DNA from: Patescibacteria group bacterium
GTDB taxonomy: Bacteria; Patescibacteriota; Doudnabacteria; UBA920
Assembly (NCBI GenBank): GCA_036726225.1
Contig: DAIMCS010000002.1
Coordinates: forward strand, 123,743-187,742
DNA length: 64,000 nucleotides
Direction: 5' to 3'
Part shown: piece by piece, positions 55,033-64,000 of the stretch
Numbering within the stretch: the first letter of the stretch is position 1
Layout of the letters: the number at the start of each line of letters is the position of its first letter
The notes under the pieces: model-generated
The model's input: only the letters and a program-made list of their open reading frames with translations
Told to the model about the DNA's origin: nothing
Database searches by the model: none
Position numbers and translations under genes: made by a program

Positions 55033-56925
55033 ATGAGCAACGAACAAGATAAAATTACAGTGTTTGCCAAAACCAACTTCAGGAGCCATGAGGTGCCTTT
55101 TGGCATTAAGACAGACGACAGGCGGAGGCATATGTACTTAATTGGTAAGACCGGCATGGGCAAGACTACGCTTATGGAAAATATGGTTATTCAGGATATA
55201 CGAAACGGGCACGGGGTTGCGTTTTTAGACCCGCACGGCGACAGCATCCAGAGAATTTTAAATTGCGTGCCTGCCAACAGGGTAAACGACGTAATTTATT
55301 TCAACCCCGCAGACCTTGACCATCCTTTGGCTTTTAATATTTTGGAATCGGTCGACCCGCGTTACAAGCATTTGGTGGCCAGCGGGCTTATGGGGGTGTT
55401 TACCAAAATTTGGGCCAACTTGTGGTCAGCCAGAATGGAATATATTTTAAACAACACCATTTTAGCGCTGCTTGATAGCCCGGGCAACACGCTTTTGGGA
55501 ATAACCAGAATGTATGTGGACAAAAAATACCGCAAGAAAATTGTCGACAATGTAAAAGACCCGATGGTCAGGACTTTTTGGACAGACGAGTTTGCAAATT
55601 ACAACGAAAAGTACAGGACAGAAGCCATTGCCCCAATTCAAAATAAGGTCGGGCAGTTTTTGTCTTCGGGAATTATCCGTAATATTGTGGGCCAGCCGCG
55701 CTCAACCATAGATTTGCGGGAAGTTATGGACCAGCAGAAAATTTTAATAATGGATTTGTCCAAAGGCAAAGTCGGTGAGGACAACAGCGCGCTTTTGGGG
55801 GCTATGTTGGTCACTAAAATCCAGCTCGCGGCTATGTCGCGCACGGATATTGAGGAGAAAGACAGGAAAGATTTTTACCTTTATGTGGACGAGTTCCAGA
55901 ATTTTGCCACAGACAGTTTTGCGACAATCTTGAGTGAAGCCAGAAAGTACAGGCTGAATTTAATTGTCGGCCACCAGTACATTGGCCAGCTCGTCCAGGA
56001 AAAAAATACTAAGGTGCGGGATGCAATTTTTGGCAACGTCGGCACGTTAGTGGTGTTTAGAATTGGCGCAGAGGACGCGGAGTTTTTGGTTAAGGAGTTT
56101 GAGCCGGTCTTTACAGAGATAGACATTGTGAATTTGCCTAAGTACCATATACTTTTAAAGTTAATGATCAACGGCGTTGCGTCCGATCCGTTTTCTGCAA
56201 TTACTATGTCGCCTAACCCTAATTACCAGACTGACAATGCCGACAAAGTCATAAAAGTTTCGCGTGAGCGCTACGCAAACCCGGTGGCGGAAGTGGAAGA
56301 AAAAATTTCCCGCTGGATGGGCGCCGAGTACCATCAGGAAGCTGCTATTGTAATTGGCACTGAAGGTGAGACTAAGGAATTGCCTAAAGAACAGAATATT
56401 ACCATTCAACAGCCTAAAATGGTGCAAATCCAACAGCCGGCGGGAGATACGGTAATTGAACAGGTTTTAGAAAAGACGGCTGTCCGCGAGGAAAATGACT
56501 TCGTTGATGAGCCGCATACAGCGCCAAAAGCAGAAGTCCTGCCACCGCCACCGGCTCCGCCTGTACAAACCGCGCATCATTTTAAGCCGCGCGAAGAAAG
56601 GCATCAGCCAAGGCAGGAACACAAACCACACCCGCCCAGGCACAAAGAACCGCCTCACTTTTCCCATAAACCACAATTTAGCAAGCATCACACAAACCCT
56701 AAAAGCCAGTTCCCTCAAAAAAAAGAAAACCCTATTTGGGACAAAGTGCTGGGTTTCCAAAAGGAAAAGATTCAGGAGTCCAAACAAAAGTCCCAAAATA
56801 TTGTCAGCCAAATTGAGTCTATTTCTTTAGAGCCTCCGGCCGCGGCCCAGAGCCAGGCCTCAAAAGCGCCTGTGCCGTCGGTGGACAGAAAAGTATTACG
56901 GCCGGGGGAGTCACAATCTTTATAA
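55033..56925 (+). CDS. VirD4/TraD/TraG-family (type IV coupling protein-like) P-loop ATPase with P/H/K-rich low-complexity tail
   Basis: Walker A LIGKTGMGKTTL followed by AFLDPHGD (cf. the TraD ...VDPNGD motif). Walker B YVDEFQNF. C-terminal PPPPAPPVQTAHHFKPREERHQPRQEHKPHPPRHK. Confidence 0.55.
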   Translation: MSNEQDKITVFAKTNFRSHEVPFGIKTDDRRRHMYLIGKTGMGKTTLMENMVIQDIRNGHGVAFLDPHGDSIQRILNCVPANRVNDVIYFNPADLDHPLAFNILESVDPRYKHLVASGLMGVFTKIWANLWSARMEYILNNTILALLDSPGNTLLGITRMYVDKKYRKKIVDNVKDPMVRTFWTDEFANYNEKYRTEAIAPIQNKVGQFLSSGIIRNIVGQPRSTIDLREVMDQQKILIMDLSKGKVGEDNSALLGAMLVTKIQLAAMSRTDIEEKDRKDFYLYVDEFQNFATDSFATILSEARKYRLNLIVGHQYIGQLVQEKNTKVRDAIFGNVGTLVVFRIGAEDAEFLVKEFEPVFTEIDIVNLPKYHILLKLMINGVASDPFSAITMSPNPNYQTDNADKVIKVSRERYANPVAEVEEKISRWMGAEYHQEAAIVIGTEGETKELPKEQNITIQQPKMVQIQQPAGDTVIEQVLEKTAVREENDFVDEPHTAPKAEVLPPPPAPPVQTAHHFKPREERHQPRQEHKPHPPRHKEPPHFSHKPQFSKHHTNPKSQFPQKKENPIWDKVLGFQKEKIQESKQKSQNIVSQIESISLEPPAAAQSQASKAPVPSVDRKVLRPGESQSL

Positions 56926-56933
56926 CTGCAAAT

Positions 56934-56969
56934 AAAAATTCCCCAAAGGCAATGCCTTTGGGGAATTTT
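56934..56969. terminator. Bidirectional terminator between the ATPase gene and trxA
   Basis: aaaaattccccaaaggcaatgcctttggggaatttt. Confidence 0.75.
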
Positions 56970-56976
56970 AGCAGGG

Positions 56977-57297
56977 TTATAAATGTTTTTTTATTTCCGC
57001 TTCCACTGTAGCCTTTGGCGCGGCGCCAATTAGTTCGCCCACTACCTTGCCGCCTTTATAGAATTTTAAGGTGGGGATGCTCATAACATTGTACCGCATA
57101 GCCAAATTGTTGTTTTCGTCTACATTTACTTTGCCCACTTTGAGCTTACCGGAGTAATCGTTGGCCAGCTCTTCTACAATTGGCCCTAAAACCTTGCATG
57201 GACCGCACCAAATTGCCCAAAAATCCACCATTACGGGCAATTCCGAGGTTAAAACCTCTTTGTCAAAATTTTTTTCATCTAAAGTAATTTGCGCCAT
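56977..57297 (-). CDS. trxA: Thioredoxin (start taken at MAQITLDE; ORF open further upstream to 57423)
   Basis: WCGPCK active site; ...VMVDFWAIWCGPCKVLGPIVEELA...MSIPTLKFYKGG. Confidence 0.85.
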   Translation of the reverse strand: MAQITLDEKNFDKEVLTSELPVMVDFWAIWCGPCKVLGPIVEELANDYSGKLKVGKVNVDENNNLAMRYNVMSIPTLKFYKGGKVVGELIGAAPKATVEAEIKKHL

Positions 57298-57416
57298 ATA
57301 GTGTGACTGATAATTAATAACAGTTAATTGCTGCTTAACTATATTATCCACAACTAAAAGCTTTGTCAATGAGTTATACTTTAAATAAGCATAACAGCAG
57401 AAATTAATTAAAAAAA

Positions 57417-58379
57417 TTGGCAATTAAAACAAAAATTTTCAAAATCCTTCCGTTCTGGCTTGCTGCCGTTATAGTAGTCACCGCTCTTCAGTTAGGGGTT
57501 GCTTTGCAGTTAAAAGGCAATAACCCAATATCCGGGGCCACAGAGGAAGCACAACCGAAAGTTTTGGGGGTAAGCACACAAATTAGAGGCGAGCCGGAAG
57601 AGGTAGGGGATTTATTAGTAGAGAAAATTAGCGAACCAAATGTTGAGGAAGTTAACGCGAAAAGTTTTTTAGTTTTTGATCTTGCCGGCGGGCAGGTGCT
57701 TTTGGCAAAAAACAGCAAAATTAGGCTGGGCATAGCCAGCCTGACTAAATTGATGACTGCGTTAGTTGCCTACGAACACGGGGATTTAAACAAAAGTTTT
57801 ATTGTTGAGGGCAAAGATACGTCTAACATAAATCCGGTGCTGGATTTAGCCGCAGGAGACGAGGTTTTGGCCTTAGATATTTTTAATGCCATGTTGGTTG
57901 GCTCGAGTAACGATGCCGCCTTAGCGCTTTCTAATTTCGTTGCTACATCTACCGGACAAAATTTTGTCGATCTTATGAACGCGGAAGCAAAAACTTTGGG
58001 TATGAACAGCTCCCACTTTTCCAACGCCCTGGGCTTTGACAGCTACTATAATTATTCTACGGCTGAAGATTTAAAAATCCTCATTTCCAAAACTCAAAAG
58101 CTGGCTGCTTTCAGCAATTTGGGCAGGCGCAATTCTTACGAGTTTTTGGGTAAATTTAGACTAAGATACTTTGCTCCCGCCACCAACAAACTCATCCAAG
58201 CCAACTCCGATATGTCGGCAATAAAAACCGGATACACGGCCGGTTCTTTAGGAGCAATGGCCACTAAACTACAAGTAGGCAACAGGGACATTGTAATTTT
58301 AGTTCTGGGCAGTAAAGACAGGGAAGGGGATACGCTGAAGTTAAAAGACGCGATTTCTAAAAGTTTTAAATTTCAATAG
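57417..58379 (+). CDS. D-alanyl-D-alanine carboxypeptidase (peptidase S11, low-MW PBP), TTG start
   Basis: SxxK (ASLTKLM), SxN (GSSND), KTG (AIKTGYT) motifs. Confidence 0.8.
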   Translation: MAIKTKIFKILPFWLAAVIVVTALQLGVALQLKGNNPISGATEEAQPKVLGVSTQIRGEPEEVGDLLVEKISEPNVEEVNAKSFLVFDLAGGQVLLAKNSKIRLGIASLTKLMTALVAYEHGDLNKSFIVEGKDTSNINPVLDLAAGDEVLALDIFNAMLVGSSNDAALALSNFVATSTGQNFVDLMNAEAKTLGMNSSHFSNALGFDSYYNYSTAEDLKILISKTQKLAAFSNLGRRNSYEFLGKFRLRYFAPATNKLIQANSDMSAIKTGYTAGSLGAMATKLQVGNRDIVILVLGSKDREGDTLKLKDAISKSFKFQ

Positions 58380-58427
58380 ACAAATTTAAAAAGCACTCGC
58401 AACATCCATGAAAAACGCGGGTGCTTT

Positions 58428-58721
58428 TTATTGTTGGAACGGGAGTCTTACTGCTGTGATGAGCACGACTAAGAATAGTAAGACACACAGTATAGCCAAA
58501 ACTACAAAGGCAGTTAACAAAACGAGATGCCAAAGTATTCCCGGGCCTTGACTCTGATTGTGCTCAATGGCCTCCAGTAATAAATAAAATATGGAGACGC
58601 CAACTATTACTATAACCTGGGTCAAAAATTCCTTTGAGGCTTCGTCATCTGCAGTAAAAAAAGCAAATATCAGGCTTCCAACCACCATGAGCAAAATTAT
58701 GACCCTTGTTCCTCTGTCCAT
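58428..58721 (-). CDS. Small three-TM hypothetical membrane protein
   Basis: ORF with three hydrophobic helices; no motif recognised. Confidence 0.4.
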   Translation of the reverse strand: MDRGTRVIILLMVVGSLIFAFFTADDEASKEFLTQVIVIVGVSIFYLLLEAIEHNQSQGPGILWHLVLLTAFVVLAILCVLLFLVVLITAVRLPFQQ

Positions 58722-58915
58722 TGAGTCCCCCTTTTGTTTTGAGCATCAGAATATAGGTAAATAGGCACTTAGTCAAGGTTTTAAAAAACCTGATTTTATG
58801 GTATAATTTTACTATGGAATCCGTTAGAAGTTGTTATTTTTAACGGCCCAATACAGTTATCGGATTTTTTACTGAATTCATAAGACTTATAAGTATAATT
58901 AAATTTTTAAACGGG

Positions 58916-59953
58916 ATGGAATACTCGGTTTTGACTAAAATTTTTACCTTAACTTCCCTTGCTTTTATTTTTGCCCTGGCCGTCACTCCGCTTTTAAGCA
59001 ATTTCCTCCACAAAAACAAATTAGGCAAACAAATACGTAACGACGGTTCAACTCCGCTCTTTTCCAAAATGCATAAATCCAAAGCCGGCACTCCCACAAT
59101 GGGCGGGATTTTAGTCTGGGGCACGCTTTTGATTATAATGGGGATTTTTTGGTTTTTAAACCGGGTTTTAAATATTGAACAGTTTGGATTTTTAGATTTT
59201 TACTCCAGAAAAGAAACCTTGCTGCCCTTAGGCGCGCTTTTGGGAGCTTCCATTGTGGGCGCTATAGATGACTGGCTCGACATCCGCCAGCTTGGGCATA
59301 AAGGCAGGGGACTGCGCTTTCGTTTTAAGTTTATGCTTTACACGCTGGTTGCAACCATTGGGGCATGGTGGTTTTATTTCAAGCTCGAATTTTCTGCAGT
59401 CCACGTGCCGTTTGTGGGCGCGGTTGACCTGGGTATGTGGTTTATCCCGTTTTTTATTCTGGCCGTTGTCGCTGCCAGCTTTGCGGTTAATGAAACCGAC
59501 GGGCTGGACGGGCTTGCTGCCGGAAGTTTAATGATTGCTTTTTTTGCTTACGGGCTCATTGCTTTTTTGCAGGGGAAAAATGACCTCGCATCATTTATTG
59601 GGGTAATCTGCGGAGGGCTGCTTGCGTTTTTATGGTTTAACGTCCATCCGGCCAAATTTTTTATGGGTGATACCGGCTCAATGGGTCTTGGTGTTTTACT
59701 GGCTGTGGTGGCTTTTTTAACCAATTCCATTTTTTTGCTCGGTCTTATAGGTTTTGTATTTATGGCAGAGGCCGCATCTTTTTTATTACAATTGCTGTGG
59801 CGCAAGGCATTCCATAAAAAATTGTTCCTTTCCGCCCCGCTACACCACCATTTAGAGGCCTTGGGCTGGCCCGAAGCCAAAGTGACAATGCGGTTTTGGA
59901 TAATCGCAGCCGTTACGAGTATTGTAGGCGTAATAATTTATTTTTTGGGATAA
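58916..59953 (+). CDS. mraY: Phospho-N-acetylmuramoyl-pentapeptide transferase
   Basis: NETDGLDGLA and MGDTGSMGLG motifs; extended -10 TGgTATAAT at 58797-58808. Confidence 0.9.
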   Translation: MEYSVLTKIFTLTSLAFIFALAVTPLLSNFLHKNKLGKQIRNDGSTPLFSKMHKSKAGTPTMGGILVWGTLLIIMGIFWFLNRVLNIEQFGFLDFYSRKETLLPLGALLGASIVGAIDDWLDIRQLGHKGRGLRFRFKFMLYTLVATIGAWWFYFKLEFSAVHVPFVGAVDLGMWFIPFFILAVVAASFAVNETDGLDGLAAGSLMIAFFAYGLIAFLQGKNDLASFIGVICGGLLAFLWFNVHPAKFFMGDTGSMGLGVLLAVVAFLTNSIFLLGLIGFVFMAEAASFLLQLLWRKAFHKKLFLSAPLHHHLEALGWPEAKVTMRFWIIAAVTSIVGVIIYFLG

Positions 59954-61519
59954 ATGTATTCTTTATTAATAAAAAATGCAAGCGTAATTGACGGGACGGG
60001 GTCGCCCGCACAAATAATGGACGTTGCGGTCCAGGGCGACCAAATTGTAAATGTTGCGCCGAAAATAAATTCCCAGGCACAAACCACTGTAGATGCTTCC
60101 GGCAAAATTTTAGCCCCGGGATTTATAGATTTGCAAAACCACAGCGATAGCTACTGGCAAATTTTCGACAACCCGTCTTTGGAGAGCTTAATTTCGCAGG
60201 GTTTTACCACCATCCTGCTGGGCAACTGCGGAGCCAGCTTAGCGCCCCTCCTTTCCCGCGAGGCCCTTTTGGCAATGCAAAAATGGCACAACTTAGAGGG
60301 CGTTAATGTTAACTGGCAAACTTTTTCAGAGTTTATGGAAGAGCTTGCTAAAAAGCGTTTTGCCTGCAACGTTGGCAGCTTAGTGGGTTACGCGACCTTG
60401 AGGCGTGCAATTGTTGGTGACCAAATTCGCGGGCTTGAGAAGGGCGAAACCGATAGTTTAAAAATGGCGCTGGAAGAAAGTATGGATGCGGGGGCGTTTG
60501 GGCTGTCCAGCGGGCTTTCATATGCCCATGAGATTATTATTTCCGAACTTGAGCTTTTTGAAGCCGCCAAAATTGTTAAAAGTAAAAACGGTATGTTTGC
60601 CATTCACTTAAGGAGCGAAGGCACAGAAGTAGTGGAAGCCGTGGATGAAGCTTTAGAAATTGCCAAGAGGACAGAAAGCAATGTAAGAATTTCGCATTTA
60701 AAAGCGCGCAATGAAGCAAACTGGGAAAAACTCCCCGAAATGCTTAACTTAATTGATACCGCGTACCACCAGGGCGTCAACATTCATTTTGACCTCTACC
60801 CTTACGAAATTATGTGGCAGCCGCTTTACAGTTATTTGCCGAAATGGGCAATTGAGGGTGGTAGGCAATTAATGATTAAGCATTTTTCAGATTCAGTCCA
60901 AAAAAATAAAATCCTTTTGTATTTGAATAATTCCGGAATAAAATTTGCGGACGTTAAAGTCGCATCTACGGCCAATAAATTAAATTTTACAGGCAAAACT
61001 ATTGGGCAAATTGCAAAAAATTTGGAATGTAGCTCTGAACAGGCAGTTTTGCATTTAATACAAAACGGCGGGTCGGAGATTATGGTGTTTGAAAATAATT
61101 TAAATATGGCGCAAGTTGAGCAGCTTTTGTCCCATCCCCTGTCATTTATTGCTACAGACGGGGCGGGGTTTAGCCAAACCGGCCAAGCGGGCCTGGTACA
61201 CCCGCGCTCTTTTGGTACAGCCGCAAAATTTTTAAACTGGGCAATTACAAAAAAGACTTTAGACTTGCCCCAGGCAATAAAAAAATTAACTGGCGGCCCG
61301 GCTAAAAAAATGGGGCTAAAAAAGCGGGGAGAAATTAAAATAGGTAATTTTGCTGACCTGGTTATTTTTGATGCCGGCAAAATTCAAGACAAAGCCACTT
61401 ACGAAAACCCCTACCAGTTCAGCGAAGGCGTGGAGTATGTTTTTGTAAACGGAAAAGCTGCAGTGGCGGAAGGAAAATTAACAGGGCAGCTCACAGGCTA
61501 TGCTTTAAGGAAAAGTTAA
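59954..61519 (+). CDS. Metal-dependent amidohydrolase of the D-aminoacylase / N-acyl-D-amino-acid deacylase type
   Basis: GFIDLQNHSD metal-binding start of the amidohydrolase fold; 521 aa; inserted between mraY and murD. Confidence 0.65.
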   Translation: MYSLLIKNASVIDGTGSPAQIMDVAVQGDQIVNVAPKINSQAQTTVDASGKILAPGFIDLQNHSDSYWQIFDNPSLESLISQGFTTILLGNCGASLAPLLSREALLAMQKWHNLEGVNVNWQTFSEFMEELAKKRFACNVGSLVGYATLRRAIVGDQIRGLEKGETDSLKMALEESMDAGAFGLSSGLSYAHEIIISELELFEAAKIVKSKNGMFAIHLRSEGTEVVEAVDEALEIAKRTESNVRISHLKARNEANWEKLPEMLNLIDTAYHQGVNIHFDLYPYEIMWQPLYSYLPKWAIEGGRQLMIKHFSDSVQKNKILLYLNNSGIKFADVKVASTANKLNFTGKTIGQIAKNLECSSEQAVLHLIQNGGSEIMVFENNLNMAQVEQLLSHPLSFIATDGAGFSQTGQAGLVHPRSFGTAAKFLNWAITKKTLDLPQAIKKLTGGPAKKMGLKKRGEIKIGNFADLVIFDAGKIQDKATYENPYQFSEGVEYVFVNGKAAVAEGKLTGQLTGYALRKS

Positions 61520-61528
61520 TGACCTAAA

Positions 61529-62866
61529 ATGGGAATAAAAGATTTAAATAACAGAAAAGTAGCGGTTTTGGGGTTTGGTTTAGAAGGTAAAGCCGTTATA
61601 CGATACTTAACCAAGCACGGACTTCAGCCCGTGCTGTTTGATCAAAAGCCGCTTAATGATTGGAGTGAGGAAGACCAAAAAGAATTAGAGTTGCTTTCTG
61701 TGGAATCGGTTTTGGGTTCTAATTGCTTTGAAAAATTAAAAGATTTTGAAATTGCTTTTAGAAGTCCGGGGATAAAGTTGTTACAAGTTATAAGTGACAA
61801 GTTGCAAGTGACAAGCCAGACCAAATTCTTTTTTGAAAATTGCCCTTCCAAAATTATTGGCGTTACCGGTACTAAAGGCAAAGGCACAACCTGCGCGCTA
61901 ATTTTTGAAATGCTGAAGGCTGATAAAAAATCGGCGCATCTAACGGGCAATATTGGCAAAGTCCAGCCTTTGGAAATTTTAGACGACTTAAAACCCGAAG
62001 ATTGGATTGTTTATGAGCTTTCTAGTTTTCAGCTCCAGGATCTTAGCCAAAGCCCTTATGTGGGTGTTGTGCTTATGGTAACGTCTGAACATTTAGATTA
62101 TCACACAGGCCACGGCGAGTACCTGGAGGCTAAGTCAGCAATTACTAAATTCCAAAACGCGGAAGATTTTGCAGTTATAAATGCGGATTTTGAAAATTCA
62201 AAAAAAATTGGCGAATTGTCAAAAGGCAAAAAGTTATATTTTAGCAGAAAATCGGACGCGGACTGTTTTGTAAAGGACGGGAAAATAATTGCCCCCAAAT
62301 TTGGTTTTGAATTTAAAATTACAAATTTGCAACTGCGCGGCGAACATAATTTAGAGAATGTTTGCGCTGCAGTTTTAGCTGCTAATTCGGCCCGGTGCTC
62401 GGCTTTGGCAATTGAGTCAGCTATTAAAGGTTTTAAGGGCCTTGAGCATCGTTTGGAGTTTGTAACGGAAAAAAACGGAATTAAATTCTACAACGATTCT
62501 TTTTCCACGACTCCGGAAACCGCAATTGCCGCAATTAAATCTTTTAGTGAGCCGCTAATTGTTATTTTGGGAGGTTCTTCTAAGAATTCTAATTTTAATG
62601 AGTTGGGCAAAGTTATAAACACATCTAAAAATATTAAAACGCTAATTTTAGTCGGCCAGGAGGCACAAAAAATTAAACAATCCCTGGATAGCTCAAGCCT
62701 TAAATTAATGGAGGGCGCAAAAAATATGGTTGAGATTTTTAATCAAATTACGTCTGTGGCTAAACCGGGTGACGTAGTTTTACTTAGCCCCGCCTGTGCT
62801 TCGTTTGGTATGTTTAAAAATTATAAAGACAGGGGAGAACAGTTTAAAAAGCAGGCAGGGGACTAA
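61529..62866 (+). CDS. murD: UDP-N-acetylmuramoylalanine--D-glutamate ligase
   Basis: VTGTKGKGTT P-loop; Mur ligase middle and C-terminal domains. Confidence 0.88.
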   Translation: MGIKDLNNRKVAVLGFGLEGKAVIRYLTKHGLQPVLFDQKPLNDWSEEDQKELELLSVESVLGSNCFEKLKDFEIAFRSPGIKLLQVISDKLQVTSQTKFFFENCPSKIIGVTGTKGKGTTCALIFEMLKADKKSAHLTGNIGKVQPLEILDDLKPEDWIVYELSSFQLQDLSQSPYVGVVLMVTSEHLDYHTGHGEYLEAKSAITKFQNAEDFAVINADFENSKKIGELSKGKKLYFSRKSDADCFVKDGKIIAPKFGFEFKITNLQLRGEHNLENVCAAVLAANSARCSALAIESAIKGFKGLEHRLEFVTEKNGIKFYNDSFSTTPETAIAAIKSFSEPLIVILGGSSKNSNFNELGKVINTSKNIKTLILVGQEAQKIKQSLDSSSLKLMEGAKNMVEIFNQITSVAKPGDVVLLSPACASFGMFKNYKDRGEQFKKQAGD

Positions 62867-62888
62867 AAGTTAGGGATTAGCTTGACCT

Positions 62889-63995
62889 ATGTCAATAAGA
62901 AAATCAAATTCCACATTAGACTTTTCGTTGTTAGCCATAGTCTTAGGGCTGCTTTCTTACGGGCTTGTGGTGCTATATTCGGCATCTACCGTAGATTCTT
63001 TTGCAAACTTTGGCAACACCAACTACTATATTGTCCACCAGCTCCTTTACGGCGCGGGGGTGGGGCTTATTGCTATGTATATTTGTTCCAGGATAGATTA
63101 CCATGTTTGGCAAAAGTACTTGCCGCTTTTAATTTTTGCCTCCCTGTTTTTGCTTTTTTTGGTAAAAATTCCAGGACTGGGGTTTGCTTCCGGCGGGGCG
63201 GAGAGGTGGATCCATGTTGGTTTTTTTACTTTTCAGCCCGCAGAGCTGGCTAAGCTGGTTATAATTTTTTACGTGGCCTCATGGGTGGACAGAAAACGCG
63301 GAGAACTAAACGATTTTTATTTTGGTCTGCTTCCTTCGCTTATTATTATTAGTTTATTCGCGGCCCTCATTTTATGGCAGCCGGATTTCGGCACTATGTT
63401 AGTGTTACTGCTTGTGGCTTTTTGTATGCTTTTTGCAGCCGGTATCCCGTGGAAATATTTTTTTTACTGCGGCGTTGTCGGCTTTTTGGCGCTTTACGCT
63501 TTTGTAAAATTTGAGCCTTACAGGGCCAGAAGGCTTACTACTTTTTTCAATCCTGCCCTAGACCCTAAAGGCATTGGTTACCAAATTAACCAGGCACTTT
63601 TGGCAATTGGTTCAGGCGGGGCCTGGGGTTTTGGCTATGGGCTGTCCCGCCAAAAACATGACTATCTGCCCGAGGTTATGAATGACTCTATTTTTGCTGT
63701 TTTTGCCGAAGAGCTCGGCTTTTTTAGGGTGAGCGCCGCGGTGTTGCTATTTACCGCCTTTGCGTACAAGGGATACAAAGTGGCAGTACGGGCGCCCGAC
63801 ACTTTTGGCAAAATGGTCGCGCTGGGAATTACCTGCTGGGTCACTGTACAGACTTTAATTAACATTGGGGCTATAATCAACCTGCTCCCCTTAACGGGCA
63901 TCCCGCTGCCTTTTTTTTCTTACGGCGGAACGGCAATGATTGCCAACCTGGCGGCCGTAGGCATACTGCTAAATATTTCCCGCCACGGGCGTTAG
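62889..63995 (+). CDS. ftsW: SEDS family cell-division/elongation glycosyltransferase (FtsW/RodA)
   Basis: 10-TM protein with the PEx/ExxFAEELG-like segment (FAVFAEELGF) and PFFSYGGTAM; located after murD. Confidence 0.85.
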   Translation: MSIRKSNSTLDFSLLAIVLGLLSYGLVVLYSASTVDSFANFGNTNYYIVHQLLYGAGVGLIAMYICSRIDYHVWQKYLPLLIFASLFLLFLVKIPGLGFASGGAERWIHVGFFTFQPAELAKLVIIFYVASWVDRKRGELNDFYFGLLPSLIIISLFAALILWQPDFGTMLVLLLVAFCMLFAAGIPWKYFFYCGVVGFLALYAFVKFEPYRARRLTTFFNPALDPKGIGYQINQALLAIGSGGAWGFGYGLSRQKHDYLPEVMNDSIFAVFAEELGFFRVSAAVLLFTAFAYKGYKVAVRAPDTFGKMVALGITCWVTVQTLINIGAIINLLPLTGIPLPFFSYGGTAMIANLAAVGILLNISRHGR

Positions 63996-64000
63996 TTTAA

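Noticed and set aside
62882-63253. 123-aa ORF overlapping the ftsW start in another frame
   Set aside because: ftsW (SEDS motifs) occupies the locus and starts 7 nt later; the overlapping ORF has no signals.
1-64000. CRISPR arrays, tRNAs, rRNAs, tmRNA
   Set aside because: No spaced direct-repeat arrays were seen. No GTTCRANYC T-loop-containing cloverleaf candidates were seen in intergenic regions. No rRNA signature strings. The tmRNA tag/T-arm was not found in the GC-rich 3567-3964 region.

Overview
This is a low-GC bacterial chromosomal segment with a CPR/Patescibacteria-like gene repertoire. It has many glycosyltransferases, weak or absent SD sequences, and ribosomal proteins with K/A-rich extensions.

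The main blocks are:
- A cell-surface locus: a 1092-aa DUF11-repeat adhesin with a sortase-like tail, an S8 subtilase, and a secreted repeat protein. The latter two share a ~55-aa module.
- Two polysaccharide-synthesis blocks: (i) galE, GT2, Wzx flippase, cytidylyltransferase, GT4, Wzy/O-antigen-ligase-like and GT2 x2; (ii) WbaP-like initiating phosphotransferase, GT4 x3 and a MurG-like GT28.
- Housekeeping genes: ctpA, alaS, pgi, infA-rpmJ-rpsM-rpsK-rpsD-rpoA-rplQ-rplM-rpsI, RNase P RNA (minus strand), murC-murB, hpf, secA, rdgB, pepN, an L,D-transpeptidase, secD-secF, trxA, a DD-carboxypeptidase, and mraY-(amidohydrolase)-murD-ftsW.

The most unusual signals are:
1. Several families of short palindromic/MITE-like elements and short repeats, some inserted in frame into otherwise conserved essential and glycan genes (murB, pepN, GT2, GT4) and others recurring inside coding sequence (secA, murD). 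The same elements lie directly in front of start codons.
2. A ~2.6-kb GC-richer islet between hpf and secA. It carries strong-SD small Cys-rich ORFs, a YerC/TrpR-like regulator with palindromic operators, and a promoter-leader-terminator RNA candidate.
3. A module of a sigma70-region-4 protein, a membrane protein and a VirD4/TraD-like ATPase.
4. A perfect 263-bp in-frame tandem duplication in the adhesin gene.
5. An unannotated YHS/TRASH mini-gene.

All calls rest on motif recognition by eye. No database searches were run.
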